From: Malacoraja senta
Lineage: Eukaryota
DNA length: 64,000 nt
Reading direction: 5' to 3'
Assembly: GCA_038087875.1 (NCBI GenBank)
Contig: JAXLNO010000061.1
Span: 62,001 to 126,000, forward strand
A program made the position numbers and the translations under genes. The notes under the pieces were generated by a model, which was not told the DNA's origin, searched no databases, and saw only the letters and a list, made by a program, of their open reading frames with translations. Below are positions 48,340 through 62,057 of this stretch, piece by piece (the stretch's first letter is position 1; every line of letters begins with the position of its first letter).

Positions 48340-50611
48340 TAGTAAAATCTTCTTTACGTATGTGAAGAGGAAAAAATTAGTTAAGACCAAAGTTGGACCC
48401 TTGATGACCGAAAAAGGTGAATTTATTATGGGGAACAAGGAAATGCCAGATGAGTTGAACAGGTACTTTGGATCCGTCTTCACTAAGGAGGACACAAACA
48501 ATCTTCCTGATATAGTAGTGGCCAGGGGATCTGTGGTGACGGAGGAACTGAAGGAAATCCACTTTAGGCAGGAAATGGTGTTGGATAGACTGATGGGACT
48601 GAAGGCTGATAAATCCCCAGGGCCTGATGGTCTGGCATCCCAGGGTACTTAAGGAAGTGACTCTAGAAATCGTGGATGCATTGGTGATAATTTTCCAATG
48701 TTCTATAGACTCAGGATCAGTTCTTGTGGATTGGAAGGTAGCTAATGTTATCCCACTTTTTAAGAAAGGCGGGAGAGAGAAAACAGGGAATTATAGACCA
48801 GTTAGTCTGACATCGGTGGTGAGGAAGATGCTGGATTCAATAATAAAAGATGAAATAGCCGCACATTTGGATAGCAGTAACAGGATCGGTCCGAGTCAGC
48901 ATGGATTTACGAAGGGGAAATCATGCTTGACTAATTTTCTGGAATTTTTGAGGATGTAACTAGGAAAATGGACAAGGGAGAGCCAGTGGATGTAGTGTAC
49001 CTGACTTTCAGAAAGCATTTGATAAGGTCCTACATAGGCAGGGGCGGAAATCCGGGGGGGGGGGGCAGGAGGGTCACGTACCGCCCTGTTTTGAGAGGTA
49101 GGGGACAGTCCCCCCAAGTTTTTATAATCCGGATTTTAAAACCCGGTGAAATCTCCGCTTTCCGCGAGACAGTTGGGGTTGGACTGCTGATCGAGGGCGC
49201 CGATTGGATGAGAGAGACGTCGGTCAGCAGGCAATGTGGGTGGGGCATGATGATTCAGCATGATCATTGGAGGAGGGAGGAGTGGGGGGATGGGACTGAG
49301 GATAGAGTGCGGTGATTGGAGGAGGGAGACATGGCACAGACCTGCGCCTCATCCGTAGCCAGGATCGATCCCGGCCGGGTCTCCGGCGCTGTCCCGTCCC
49401 CCCCCCCCCACGCCCGGGGGTGGCCATAGAGGTCGGGAGTCAGACGGGAGCAGTGCCCCCAGGCCCACAGCCAGCGAAGAGAAGCAGCGCTATACCCAGC
49501 TCACCTCTGCCTGTCCCGCCAGGTTAACCTACAGCCCTGCCTGTAGGTATGTTACAAAACTTACCTTCAGTCGCGCTGTAATTCTGCCACTGGCCGTGTG
49601 CGTGATTTTGGCACCTTTAAGGGGGGGCGGGGTTAAAACGCGGGTTTCTCCTCCCTTGTCCTGGTTAATATTTTGTTGGAGTACAAGCGTTGGCTGAAAA
49701 ATCGTTCCTAGTGGCGATTTGTGTGTTTTTTATTTTTATTAAATCGTCAATGTCAGCGCTACAGTAATTTTAAAATCAGCTCCTGAAGCGTCAACGCCGA
49801 TAACGGGGATGGATTTCACACACGGGACAGGTAAACAAAAGTGGTTTCTTTAAATGTATAAAAGTGCTTCTTAAGAAGCCTTTAATTCACATTTTTTCAT
49901 GCGACACGGTGATTTTATTCCCCGAATTAACGGCAGTATTTTTCATGCCAATACGGGGTTAAATTCACCGCAAATGAACGTTCCAAAGATCGCGTTCCAG
50001 AAATCCTCACTCACAAGATGATTTAAATCCCCATTAATTTACAGGTATTAAACATTCAATTCCTTCCATTTGGCCTGTAAATTCATGAAAATGAGATTTA
50101 AAAATTATGTTATATTGTGAATTATTGTGTGAATGTTATTTGGACACTTAGGCTATTTAAAAATGTTAGTCTATTCTTAAGAAATTGATAGATGATTAGA
50201 TCTAGTAATTGAATTTTGTAATTAGCTACAATTAGGTAACTAACTAATTATATGCTTTACTTGCATGTCTTCTAAGTAAGATTGTTTCATATTTGTTTCA
50301 GAATGCTTCAATCTATAATAACTGAAAATTTCTTTAAGTTATCTTAATTTTTAAGAAAGTTATGGGCTTTTAACTGTCCTCGATCACAACTTCCGGTGGC
50401 GCTATGGAGGCTTGAGTCCAGCGCCAACTAGCTCCGTGCCGAAGAAACTGAAAACAGGAGAAAATCGGGTCTTACCTGCAGCGATCGCGATCTGAACGGC
50501 TGCCTGCCGCGTGACGTCATCAGGAGCGCGACTTTGACGGTATGTCGTTACAACGTTCCCCCCCCTCCCGTGGGACACAAAAAAAAAACCGTTAAAGGGA
50601 AACCTCCACTG

Positions 50612-51580
50612 ATGGAAGAGGAAGGCCCAACTGAGGCCTCGGCCTCAGTTACAATGACGGCCCAGGAAGACCCTCCGAAGAAAACAAAGCAGAAAAAGTC
50701 TGAAATGGTTGATCTTAAAACTTTTCTCGCTGCTGAATTGAAAACCTTTGGAGAGAATTTTAAAGAGGAACTTTACTCTTTTAAGGTAGACTTTAAAGCA
50801 GAAATGCTTTCTACCGTTCAAGAAATACTGGAAGTCTGGAAGAGGTCGAGGGAGGAAGAGGTCAAGGAACAGATGGAAGTGCTGGAAGCCAGGCTCGTTT
50901 CGGTGGAGGCGAACGTTAAAATGGAGGTGGCCCCCATTCATCAAGCACTCGAACAACATAGAACAGCGATAACTGAACATGAGAAATGGGCGGCGACAAG
51001 TGAGGAAACTGTAGGTCGACTCCTTACTGAAAACCAACGCCTCACCGGTATGGTGATCAAATTAAGTGATAAATGTACCGATTTGGAGTGGCGTCAAAGA
51101 CGTAAGAATCTAAGAATTGTAGGGGTGAAAGAAGGAAGTGAGAGGGAAATGGGCCCTCGGGATTTTGTGGCAGACCTACTACAAAAAGCTTTAAAATTGG
51201 ATCAAAAACCTTCACTCGGTCGAGCTCATAGAGTGCAGCGGCGTCGTACACAAGATGATGCCCATCCAAGACAAATTATCATAAAGGTGCAACTGGATCA
51301 TGAATTTGACGATATAATGAAGAAAATCGTCCGAAGCGGACAGCTCCATTTTGAAGGTGTGAGGTTCAGTATTTACCGAGATTATCCGGCAGAGGTCTTC
51401 AAGAAAAGGGCGCTGTTCACTGAGACAAAAAGAATACTGAAGAATGTACCTGATTTGAGATACGGCCTGCTTTATCCCGCAAGACTAAGAGTCACCTACA
51501 AGAACAAGGAGCAATTTTTTACAGACCATGAAAAAGCACTGGAATTTGCCAAAGAAATCGGGAATGTGACCATAGACTGA
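50612..51580 (+). CDS. L1 ORF1p (coiled coil, RRM, CTD), uninterrupted
   Basis: RQRRKNLRIVGVKE, RAHR, IYRDYP, LLYPARLRV; first ATG at 50612. Confidence 0.9.
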   Translation: MEEEGPTEASASVTMTAQEDPPKKTKQKKSEMVDLKTFLAAELKTFGENFKEELYSFKVDFKAEMLSTVQEILEVWKRSREEEVKEQMEVLEARLVSVEANVKMEVAPIHQALEQHRTAITEHEKWAATSEETVGRLLTENQRLTGMVIKLSDKCTDLEWRQRRKNLRIVGVKEGSEREMGPRDFVADLLQKALKLDQKPSLGRAHRVQRRRTQDDAHPRQIIIKVQLDHEFDDIMKKIVRSGQLHFEGVRFSIYRDYPAEVFKKRALFTETKRILKNVPDLRYGLLYPARLRVTYKNKEQFFTDHEKALEFAKEIGNVTID

Positions 51581-52132
51581 AGAATTTACATTACTCCTCA
51601 GGAGTCAAGGATTAACGGGACCACCAGATCTAAAAGGACCTTTAAAGTTCTTTTAAGAGCTTTAAGGACATTCGAAAACCGAATGGACGGTGGACATTGG
51701 AGAAAACCGTGGTTTTTTTATTTTTTTTATTTTTATTAATCACTATTATTATCTGTATATTCATATCTAACTATATATGTAACAACTAATACTTATTAAA
51801 TATCTATATTACTACTAAAATTATTAACATTTATATTACTCATAAAAATTAATTACTGGGTACGATTGATAACAATGATTAATAACTAACAGTCTTTGGT
51901 TAACGTGGAAATGAATTACACACTTATATTATATAGGAAGATATGCAAGAGGTAACTCAGCCTACGTCATAATAAGGTTTGACGGTTTTTCTCTTTATTT
52001 TTCAATTTAAAATTAAATTTATAGATTCAGCGAGGATATTAATATGATATGTAGACAATAATAACGTTATGAATTTATGCTGTTCTCGGACTTTTCTGCA
52101 GGGATGCGTGCTTATGTATGTATGCATATGGG

Positions 52133-52163
<31 letters not shown>

Positions 52164-52590
52164 ATATGTGTATGTATATGTGTGCATATGTATGGGTATG
52201 TATATATGTTTGTTACTCCCAAAGAAGTTATTTGATTGTTAGAAATAATCTTTTTTTTTTTTTTTTTTCGGCACGGAGCTGGGAATTTTTTTTTTACAAA
52301 GGCTATGGAAGTCTTTAGAATTCTAGCCACGTTAGTGTGGCTATCACTAACTACACTAATTGTAGATGTAGTTTTTTTTCTTTCACCCTATGCTAACCAA
52401 TTCTATCACTTTTTTCACTTTAAATATTTTTATAACTTAATGTTTGAATGGAAAAACAAGACTAATACAAGGAGATGTGTTCGGAAGAGCGATGTATATG
52501 ATTTTAAATTCATCTATTTGAGGTTCAGGAGCAGGGTCAGGTTTTATGTGTTGCACCTTCTGCTCGGTTATAGACCACCTTAGAAACAAT

Positions 52591-55500
52591 ATGCAAGATG
52601 TTAATATGACAAGAGGGGGTCAGGGAATAACATTTTGTAGTTGGAATGTCAAGGGAATCAATGAACTAATTAAGAGAGGTAAAGTCTTGGCACATCTAAA
52701 TTTAATCAAAACAGATATAATATTCCTTCAAGAAACACACCTTAAAAAGGAATCTCAACACAGACTTAAAGCTAAGTGGATCGCTGAATCATATCATTCC
52801 TCTTTTTCCCATAAGTCCAGAGGAGTTGCAATATTAATTCGTAAAGGAATACCTTTTACGAATTCATCAACAATAGCGGATATTGATGGTAGATATATTA
52901 TATTAGTTGGAGAGTTAAATGGAGAAAAAGTGATTCTTCTTAATGTATACGGGCCTAATTTTGATAACCCTATGTTTTTTAATAAAACATTTAATAAAAT
53001 TCCTGAATTTACACAATATAAATTAATAATTGGAGGAGACTTCAATTGTACATTAGATTCATACTTAGATAGATCATCAAGGCAAAAAAAAGTAAAATCT
53101 CAATCAAGTGTATTTCTAAATTCATTTATTAATACCACTAATATTAAGGATGTCTGGAGAATAGAAAATCCAACTGGACGGGAATATTCATTTTATTCAC
53201 CAGTACACAAAACATACTCAAGAATAGATTATTTTTTAGTTGACTCCACGTTTATCCCATTTACTTATAACTCAAAATACCATAATATTATAATCTCAGA
53301 CCACGCACCTGTAACATTCATGATTAAATTAAATGGAATGTCCGAGAAACAAACATATTGGAGATTTAACCCACAAATTTTGAACGAAAGATCATGCCAG
53401 GAATATATTATTAAACAGATTCAAATATTTTTTGAGGTAAATGATAACCCTGACACACCTACTTCTCTTATGTGGGAAACGTTTAAAGCGTTTGTTCGAG
53501 GTGCATTAATTTCTGCTCAAGTATTTTATAATAAAGAGAACAGGATTAAACAACAAACATTGGAAAGGGAAATCAAGCAACTAGATATAGAAAATGCGAG
53601 AATGCCATCTATTTCAAAACATAATAAAATTGCTGTATTGAAATATAAATTAAATAAAATGTATTCAGTACAAGTAATAAAACTTTATCAAAAAACCAAA
53701 CAATTACATTTTGAATTTGGAGACAAACCACAAAAACTATTAGCACGTCAGTTACGAAAAATGGAAGGGGAAAAAATAATTCATAAAATTAGAACAGAGA
53801 CAGGAGAATTATTAAAAATGACCAAGGACATAAATGAAAGATTTCTCCAATACTATCATAACCTTTATTCAACTAAAACTGTAACACAAACAGAAGGAAT
53901 AGCAGATTTTTTACTAAAATGTAATTTAAAAGGTTTAGATTCAAATGATAGAGAATTATTAGAAAGGGAGATTACGATAAAGGATATTGAGGAGTCTATT
54001 GGCTCTTTAAAAAATGGTAAAGCAGTGGGACCAGATGGTTTAGGCTCTGAATTTTATTTAAAAATTTATGACTTGCTCTCCCCACGTTTACAAAGGCTGT
54101 ATGAGCATATCTATACTCAACAGAAACTTCCAGATACTTTAAATGAATCTATAATAACACTTATTCCTAAAGCTGATAAAGATCCGGAAGATCCGGGATC
54201 ATATAGAGCAATTGCACTTTTAAATACAGATCAGAAAATATTAACTAAAATACTGGCGCATAGATTAAGTACAGTGATGAATAAAATAATACACCCTGAC
54301 CAAACAGGCTTTATTCAGAAACGGTACTCATATTATAATCTAAGAAGATTATTTAATATTATTTATTCTAAGAGAATTATTAATGAAGATCTAGCAATAA
54401 TCTCACTTGACGCTGAAAAAGCATTTGATCAGGTTGAATGGTCTTATTTATTTTCGGTGATGGAAAATATGCAACTAGGGGAGAAATTCTGTACATGGAT
54501 AAAACTGTTATATACAAATCATACGGCTAGAATATTAACAAACCAAAGGTTGTCATCTAAATTCAGCCTATCTAGAGGTTGTAGACAAGGATGCCCGTTA
54601 TCTCCATTATTATTTGCGCTTGCTATTGAGCCACCTGCAGAAAGAGTTAGGGGGCATCCGGAAATATATGGGTATATTACAAAGGACACAGTGAATAACA
54701 TTTCTCTATACGCAGATGACGTACTAATTTACATTACAAAACCAGAAATTAGTATTCCAAACTTATTAGAGCTAATAACCCAATTTGGTTCACTCTCAGG
54801 ATACAGAATAAATTGGAATAAAAGTGAAATTATGCCAATAAGGGAACATAACAAACAGATAATACAACAATTTCCATTTAAAATAGTAAATGAAAAATTT
54901 AAATACCTAGGTATTTATGTAACTAAGATATATACATCATTATTTAAAGCAAATTTTCCCCCATTACTGAATAAACTACATAAGAATATTCAATACTGGA
55001 AAACACTTCCTATCTCAATGGTTGGCAAAATTAATGCCATAAAAATGATTTTTTTACCGCAAATATTATACCTTTTTCAGACAATTCCGATATATTTGTC
55101 AAAAAACTTTTTTTTTAAATTGGACTCCATTGTTAATGATTTTATCTGGGATTATAAGAATCATAGGATAAACAAAAGACATTTGTGTAAATCAAAAATA
55201 AATGGAGGTTTGGGCAGATAATATTAAAAATATGAATTTCTGGTTGGAAGTAATAGATCAACAACCAGATTGGTTAAAAATGGAAAAGGAAGATTGTTTG
55301 CCTTTTGATATCGGTTCGATATTATTTGCTACATCTAAATTAAACAAAAAAATTTATAGGGAAAACCCTATAATATTTAGTGCCATACGAATTTGGAAAC
55401 AATTAAAAAAGACATTAAAATTAGATAATTTATCACTTTTTCTCCCAATTGTGAATAACCCTTTGTTTAAGCCCTCATGGTTGGACAGGGGTTTTACACA

Positions 55501-56377
55501 ATGGAAGAATTAAGGAATTAAAAATATGGGACAACTTTATAAGGAAGGCACTTTTCTGACATTTCAGGAGTTGCAACAGACTTATGGACTTCGAGGAAAT
55601 GATTATTTCAGATATCTTCAATTTAGAGATTATGTAAAATCGAATACTCAAAATTTTCAAATTAGAAATTCAGAAATTCTTGACGAATGTTGGAATAAAC
55701 ATCCTAATACAGAAAAATTAATATCTTATATATATAATATCTTATTAGACAGTGACATTCCATCGACGGACTTACACAGACAAACATGGGAAAAATAATT
55801 AAATCAAATAATAACGAAAGATACTTGGGAAGAAAGTTTACAACACATACATCAATGTTCATTAAATGCCAGACATTCATTAATACAATTTAAAGTAATA
55901 CATAGGTTACATTATTCAAAAACAAAATTACATAAAATCTTTCAACATATCTCACCTATATGTGATAAATGTCAACATTTAGAAGCTACCTTATCTCATA
56001 TGTTTGCAAACTATATAAAAATTAAAAAATTCTGGGTAAATATTTTTAGTATAATATCTAAAGTGACCAGCACACAAGTGGACCCGGATCCAAAATTAAT
56101 AATACTCGGAACATTAGAATTAAATCAAACATTTACAACAACACAAAGAAACTTTATTGATTATAGTATAATAACAGGAAAAAAATTAATTTTAAAATTT
56201 TGGAAAGGACCTACGGCCCCCACAATCGAAATGTGGATTATAGAAATGACGGAGACCTTAAACATGGAAAGAATCAGATTTTCCCTGTTGGACAAACAGG
56301 AATTATTCGTTGGAACATGGTCTCCCTTTATTGATTATTTAAAGGGTCAGAATGGTTCAGCACAGGAACCTGACTAA
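52591..56377 (+). CDS. L1 ORF2p (EN and RT open to 55221; C-terminal third disrupted)
   Basis: SWNVKG, LQETH, GGDFN, SRIDY, SDH, RQGCPLSP, LYADD; deletion/frameshift near 55215 and later stops. Confidence 0.92.
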
Positions 56378-58289
56378 TGCTCGGGCTAAAGAATGGATGA
56401 AATGCTATACTCTGAAATGTACGAATATATCTCGAATGAAGTTTTTTATTTTAATAAATTTTTCCATTCTTCTTTAACCATCTTTTTCTTTTGTTTTGTT
56501 TTTTTGTTTTTGTTTTTTGCTTTTTGTTTTTTTTTGTTTTCTCTTTTCTCTTTTTCTTCTCACTCTTTTCTTTCTTTACTTCATCTATCTTTTTAGTTCT
56601 ATCTAGTTTAAAAAAAAAAGGCAAAAGGTATTGGAGACAATGTAATAATAATTGATAATATTATCAATTTAAAAATGTAAGACTGTAATGATGTTAATAG
56701 GTTGTGTACTTTTCTCCAATAAAAAATATTTTCAAAAAATAACTGTCCTCGATCACAGCTTTTGTGTTAAGTCAATGGAAAAGCAATAGGGAACAAGATG
56801 CTAATATCCGAGTATGAAAATGGCCATAACTTCTTTAATACTGAAGATATGAAAGTGAATTAGGTGTCAAATTAAACTTCTTTTTATGCTTTATCTGATG
56901 GGATAAATTGCAGACTTTATTTTTAAAATCTCAAAATTTTGTAACATTGCTACTGCCTGGGCTTGCGGGAAACATGGCTCAGGTTTACAGCCAGCGCGGA
57001 GAAGCAGCGCTGGTGTCCCGTCAGTCCAGGCAGGGCTGTAGGTTAACCTGGCGAGACATGCAGATTGAGCTGCATTTAGCGCTCGATTGAGCCTCCGAAG
57101 CCTCGCACGCGCGTGTGTGTGTGTGAGTGTGTGCATGCGCGCGCGACTGCCAAGAAATTTTGTCCCCCCTGTCCCCCGGTCCCCATATTTTGATAGCGAT
57201 TTCCATGCCTGCACATAGGAGATTAGTGGGCAAAATTAGGGCACATTGTATTGGGGGTAGAGTGCTGACATGGATAGAAAATTGGTTGGCAGACAGGAAA
57301 CAAAGAGTGGGGATTAACAGGTCCCTTTCACAATTGCAGGCAGTGACTAGTGGGGTACCGCAAGGCTTGGTGCTGGGACCACAGCTATTTACAATATACA
57401 TCAATGATTTGGATGAAGGGATTCACAGTAACATTCGCAAATTTGCAGATAACACAAAGCTGGGTGGCAGTGTGAACTGTGAGGAGGATGCTATGAGAAT
57501 GCAGGGTGACTTGGACAGGTTGGGGGAGTGTGCAGATGCATGGCAGATGAAGGTTAATGTGGATAAATGTGAGTTTATCCACTTTGGCATCAAAAACAGA
57601 AAGGCAGATTACTATCTAAATAGCGTCAAGTTGGGAAAAGAGGAAGTACAATGGGATCTGGGGGTCCTTGTTCATCAGTCTATGAAAGTAAGCATGCAGG
57701 TACAGCAGGCAGTGAAGAAAGCGAATGGCATGTTGGCCTTTATTGCAAGAGCAGTCGAATATATGAGCAAAGAGGTCCTTCGGCAGTTGTGCAGGGACAT
57801 AGTGAGACCACACCTGGAGTATTGTGTGCAGTTTTCATCCCCTAATTTGAGGAAGGACTTTCTTGCTATTGAGTGAGTGCAGCGTAGGTCTACAACGTTA
57901 ATTCCCGGGATGGCGGGACTGTCAAATGCTGAGAGAATGGAGCGGCTGGGCTTGAACACTCTGGAGTTTAGAAGGATGAGAGGGGATCTAATTGATACAT
58001 ATAAGATTGTTAAGGGTTTGGACATGCTAGAGGCAGGTAACATGTTCCCGATGTTGGGGGAGTCCAGAACCAGGGGCCACAGTTTAAGAATAAGGGGTAA
58101 GCCATTTAGAACGTAGACGAGGAAACACTTTTTCTCACAGAGAGTTGTGAGTCTGTGGAATTATCTGCCTCAGAGGGTGGTGGAGGCCGGTTCTCTGGAT
58201 ACTTTCAAGAGAGAGCTAGTTAGGGCTCTTAAAGATGGCGGACTATGATGCCAATTGAAACCACATCTGCCTGCACATGGTCTGAATTC

Positions 58290-59432
58290 CTCAATCACAA
58301 AAGATTGTTTCAATACATAAGGAGGAAAAGGGTAACTAGAGAGAGAGTGAGACCTCTCAGGAATCAAAGCGGTCACCTCTGTGTGGAGCCACATGAGATG
58401 GGCAAAGTCCTAAATGAGTATTTCTCCTCTGTATTTACCGAGGAGAAAGCAGTAGGACGGAGTAAAATTGGAGCAGTCACTGGAAGTGTCTTGAGAGCAG
58501 TCAGGGTTACCCTCGAAGAAGTAATGAAGGTACTGACGTGTTTGAAGGTAAACAAATCTCCAGGGCCTGATCAGATATATCCGAGGACATTGTGGGAAAC
58601 TAGAGAGGAAATTGCGGGAGCCCTGGTTGAAATTTACGAGACGTCCTTAAATACAGGAGCCGGAACACTGGAGGGTGGCAAATGTTGTGCCTCTTTTCAA
58701 GAAGGGCTGCAGGGAAAATGCTGGGAACTATAGGCTGGTGAGCTTAACACCTGTACCTGGTAAGTTACTGGAGAGTATTCTGAGGGATAGGTTATACAGG
58801 CATTTGGATGGGTAAGGGCTGATTAGGGATAGTCAGCATGATTTTTTTGAAGACATGACGAAAAAGGTAGATGAGGGCAAAGCTGTAGATGTTGTGCACA
58901 TGGACTTCAGTAAGGCATTCAACAAAGTGCCGCATGGTAGGCTGCTGTGGAAGGTTAGATCTCATGGGATTCAAGGGGAGATAGTTGAATGGATAGCAAA
59001 TTGGCTCCATGGAAGGAAGCAGAGGGTGATGGTGGAAGGTTGCTTCTCAGACTAGAGGCCTGTGACTAGTGGTGTGCCTCAGGGTTCGGTGCTGGGCCCG
59101 TTACTGTTTGTCATCTACATCAATGATTTGAATGAGAACATACAGGGCAAGATTAGCAAGTTTGCTGATGATACAAAAGTTAGTGGTTGCAGATACTGAT
59201 GATGGTCGTGAAAGATTGCAGCAGGATCTGGATCGATTGGCCAGGTGGGCAGAGGAATTGTTGATGGAATTTAGTGCAGAAAAGTGTGTTGCATTTGTAG
59301 ACATCGAAAAAGGGTAGAACCTACACAGTAAATGGTAGGCCTCTGGGTAGTGTTGTAGAACAGAGGGATCAAGGAGTACAAGTGCTTGGTTCCTTGAAGG
59401 TCAAGTCACAGGTAGACAAGGTGGTCAAAAAG
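58290..59432 (+). mobile_element. CR1 ORF2 fragment, degraded
   Basis: KSPGPDQIYPR, MDFSKAFNKVPH. Confidence 0.85.
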
Positions 59433-60120
59433 TATTCCTGACCAGTGCAACCTGTCATCAAGCAGGGTTTTCTAATCCCTCATCTTGCCCTTCACTGTGA
59501 CAGGAATATTATGTTCTTGGTGCTGGATTATTCACTCTTTATGTTAGTGATCAGATGGAGGCTGAGTCTGCGACAAGTTGTGACAATGTCACTGTGTCTC
59601 TGCAACAGGATGTAGATAAATGGAGTGAGTGCAAATCAATATCAATGTGGGAAAGTCAGAGGTGATGTACTTCAGGAAATGAATCTAACTGGAGATTATA
59701 ATTGAGATGCAAGCAGAATGCAAATGAGTGAATCACAGATAGATCTAGGTATTTCAAACCAGATGGAGAAACCTTTCAGAAAATTCAGGGAATTGGAGAT
59801 GAAGGGAAAGTGCAGGTGTTGCTGCCTGGGCTGGATCAGCCATGGCCACATTGAATGGTGGGGCAGCCGTGAGGGGACAGAGGTCTACTCCTGCTGCCAT
59901 CTCCACATGTCCTTCTATTCCAGTTGTTGTGAGGGGCATCATGTCAGTTAATAGGAACTCACATTGAAATCCAGAAAAGGACGTACACATCAGTTTATCA
60001 AATATATATGTGGGAAGGAACTGTAGATGCTTGTTTAAACTGAAGATAGACACAAAAAGCTGGATTAACTCAGCGGGACAGGCAGCATCTCTGGAGAGAA
60101 GGAAATAACCGTTTTGGATT

Positions 60121-60358
60121 GTCGGGGTCACCACTATAGCGAGCCACACATTGTGAATCAACAGTGATCTTTATTAAGCAATGCAGTGAACAGCACACAC
60201 GCTTCTCGTGAGGGTTCTCCCAGACTTCTGACTAACTACCAGGGCACACACCTCAACCCCGTGACATCTTTCTCCCGCCAAACGCAGTCACATGACTCTG
60301 CCAGTCCTGGTGCCAAGGATTCGCTCAGTAAGTGCCCTAACCACCAGGTGGTGCCACA
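60121..60358 (-). mobile_element. LTR (60135-60358) with adjacent tRNA-Trp-type PBS; internal region missing
   Basis: Minus strand TGTGGC...AATAAA...GCTATA, then TGGTGACCCCGAC (60133-60121), complementary to the tRNA-Trp 3' end. Confidence 0.7.
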
Positions 60359-62042
60359 AGGGGTTGTATACAAAAACAGGGATGTAATGTTGGGGCTCTA
60401 TAAATCGCTGGTAAGGCCTCATTTGGAATACTGTGAGCAATTTTGGGCACCATATATGAGGAAGAATGTGTTGGCACTGGAGAGGGTCCAGAAAAGGTTT
60501 ACAAGAATGATCCCAGGAATGAATAGGTTAACCTATGATGAGCATTTGTCAGCACTGGGCCTGTACTCAGTGGAGTTTAGAAGAATGAGGGGGGACCTGA
60601 TTGAAACATACATAATAGTGAAAGGCTTGGATAGAATGGATGTGAAGAGGATGCTTCCTTTAGTGGGAGAGTCAGGAACTAGAGGTCATAGCCTCAGAAT
60701 TAAAGGACGTTCTTTTAGGAAGGAGATGAGGGGAAATTTCTTTAGGCAGAGGGTGGTGAATCTGTGGAATTCTCTGCTGTCGAGGCCCAGTCAGTGGATA
60801 TTTTTAAGGCAGAGAAAGATAGATTCTCGTTTAGTACAGGTGCCAGAGGTTATAGGGAGAAGGCAGGAGAATGGGGTCAGAAGGGAGCGAACTATCAGCC
60901 ATGATTAAAATTGTATTGGGGGTAGGGTGTTGACATGGATAGAAAATTGGTTGGCAGACCGGAAGCAAAGAGTAAGAATGAACGGGCCCTTTTCAGAATG
61001 GCAGGCAGTGGCGAGTGGAGTGCCGCAAGGCTCGGTGTTGGGGCCGCAACTGTTCACCATATACATTAATGATTTGGAAGAGGGAATTAGGAACAACACT
61101 AGCAAGTTTGTGGATGACACGAAGCTGGGTGGCAGTGTGAACTGTGAAGAGGATGTTATGAGGTTGCATGGTGACCTGGACAGGTTGGGTGAGTGGGCAG
61201 ATGCGTGGCAGATGCAGTATAATATAGATAAATGTGAGGTTATCCACTTTGGCGGCAAAAACAAGGGGCAGATTATTATCTCAATGGGGTTAGGTTAGGT
61301 AAGGGGGAGGTGCAGCGGGACCTGGGTGTCCTTGTACACCAGTCACTGAAAGTTGGCGTGCAGTTACAGCAGGCAGTGAAGAAAGCTAATGGAATGTTGG
61401 CCTTCATAACAAGAGGATTTCAGTATAGGAGTAAAGAAGTTCTTCTACAGTTGTATAGGGCTCTGCTGAGACAACAGCTGGAGTATTGTGTCCAGTTTTG
61501 GTCTCCTAATTTGAGGAAGGGGATCCTTGTGATTGAGGCAGTGCAGCGTAGGTTCACGAGATTGATCCTTGGGGTGATGGGACTGTCATATGAGGAAATA
61601 TTGAAAAGACTAGGCTTGTATTCACTGGAGTTTAGAAGGATGAGGGGGTATCTTATAGAAACATATAAAATTATAAAAGGACTGGACAAGCTAGATGCAG
61701 GAAAAATGTTCCCAATGTTGGGCGAGTCCAGAACCAGGAGCCACAGTCTTAGAATAAAGGGGAAGCCATTTAAGACTGAGGTGAGAAAAAACTTTTTCAC
61801 ACAGTGAGTTGTGAATTTGTGGAATTCCCTGCCTCAGAGAGCAGTGGAGGCCAAGTCACTGGATGGATTTAAGAGAGAGTTAGATAGAGCTCTAGGGGCT
61901 AGTGGAATCAAGGGATATGGGGAGAAGGCAGGCACGGGTTATTGATTGGGGATGATCAGCCATGATCACAATGAATGGCGGTGCTGGCTCAAAGAGCCGA
62001 ATGGCATCCTCCTGCACATATTTTCTATGTTTCTATGTTTCA
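60359..62042 (+). mobile_element. Two tandem CR1 3' fragments (60359-60905 and 60906-62042)
   Basis: [30 protein letters not shown]; (TTCTATGT)n tail at ~62022-62040. Confidence 0.92.
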
Positions 62043-62057
62043 GAGGGGGGGGGGGGA

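Larger units (their letters stand above)
50389..56739 (+). mobile_element. Full-length L1-clade LINE with 18-bp TSD
   Basis: TAACTGTCCTCGATCACA at 50371-50388 and 56740-56757; 5' ACTTCCGG; ORF1, ~1-kb spacer, ORF2, AATAAA. Confidence 0.97.
49039..57211. mobile_element. Non-autonomous hAT-like DNA transposon (~1.8 kb without the nested L1)
   Basis: Imperfect TIRs CAGGGGCGGAAATC / GATTTCCATGCCTG (11/14); 8-bp TSD TACATAGG (49031-49038) / CACATAGG (57212-57219). Confidence 0.82.
48340..58235 (+). mobile_element. CR1 ORF2 fragment split by a hAT insertion (CR1 parts 48340-49038 and 57212-58235)
   Basis: KSPGPDG, GNYRPVSLTS, SQHGF on the left; SGVPQG, FADNTK on the right. Joined flanks restore the DKVPHRRL region. 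Confidence 0.9.
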
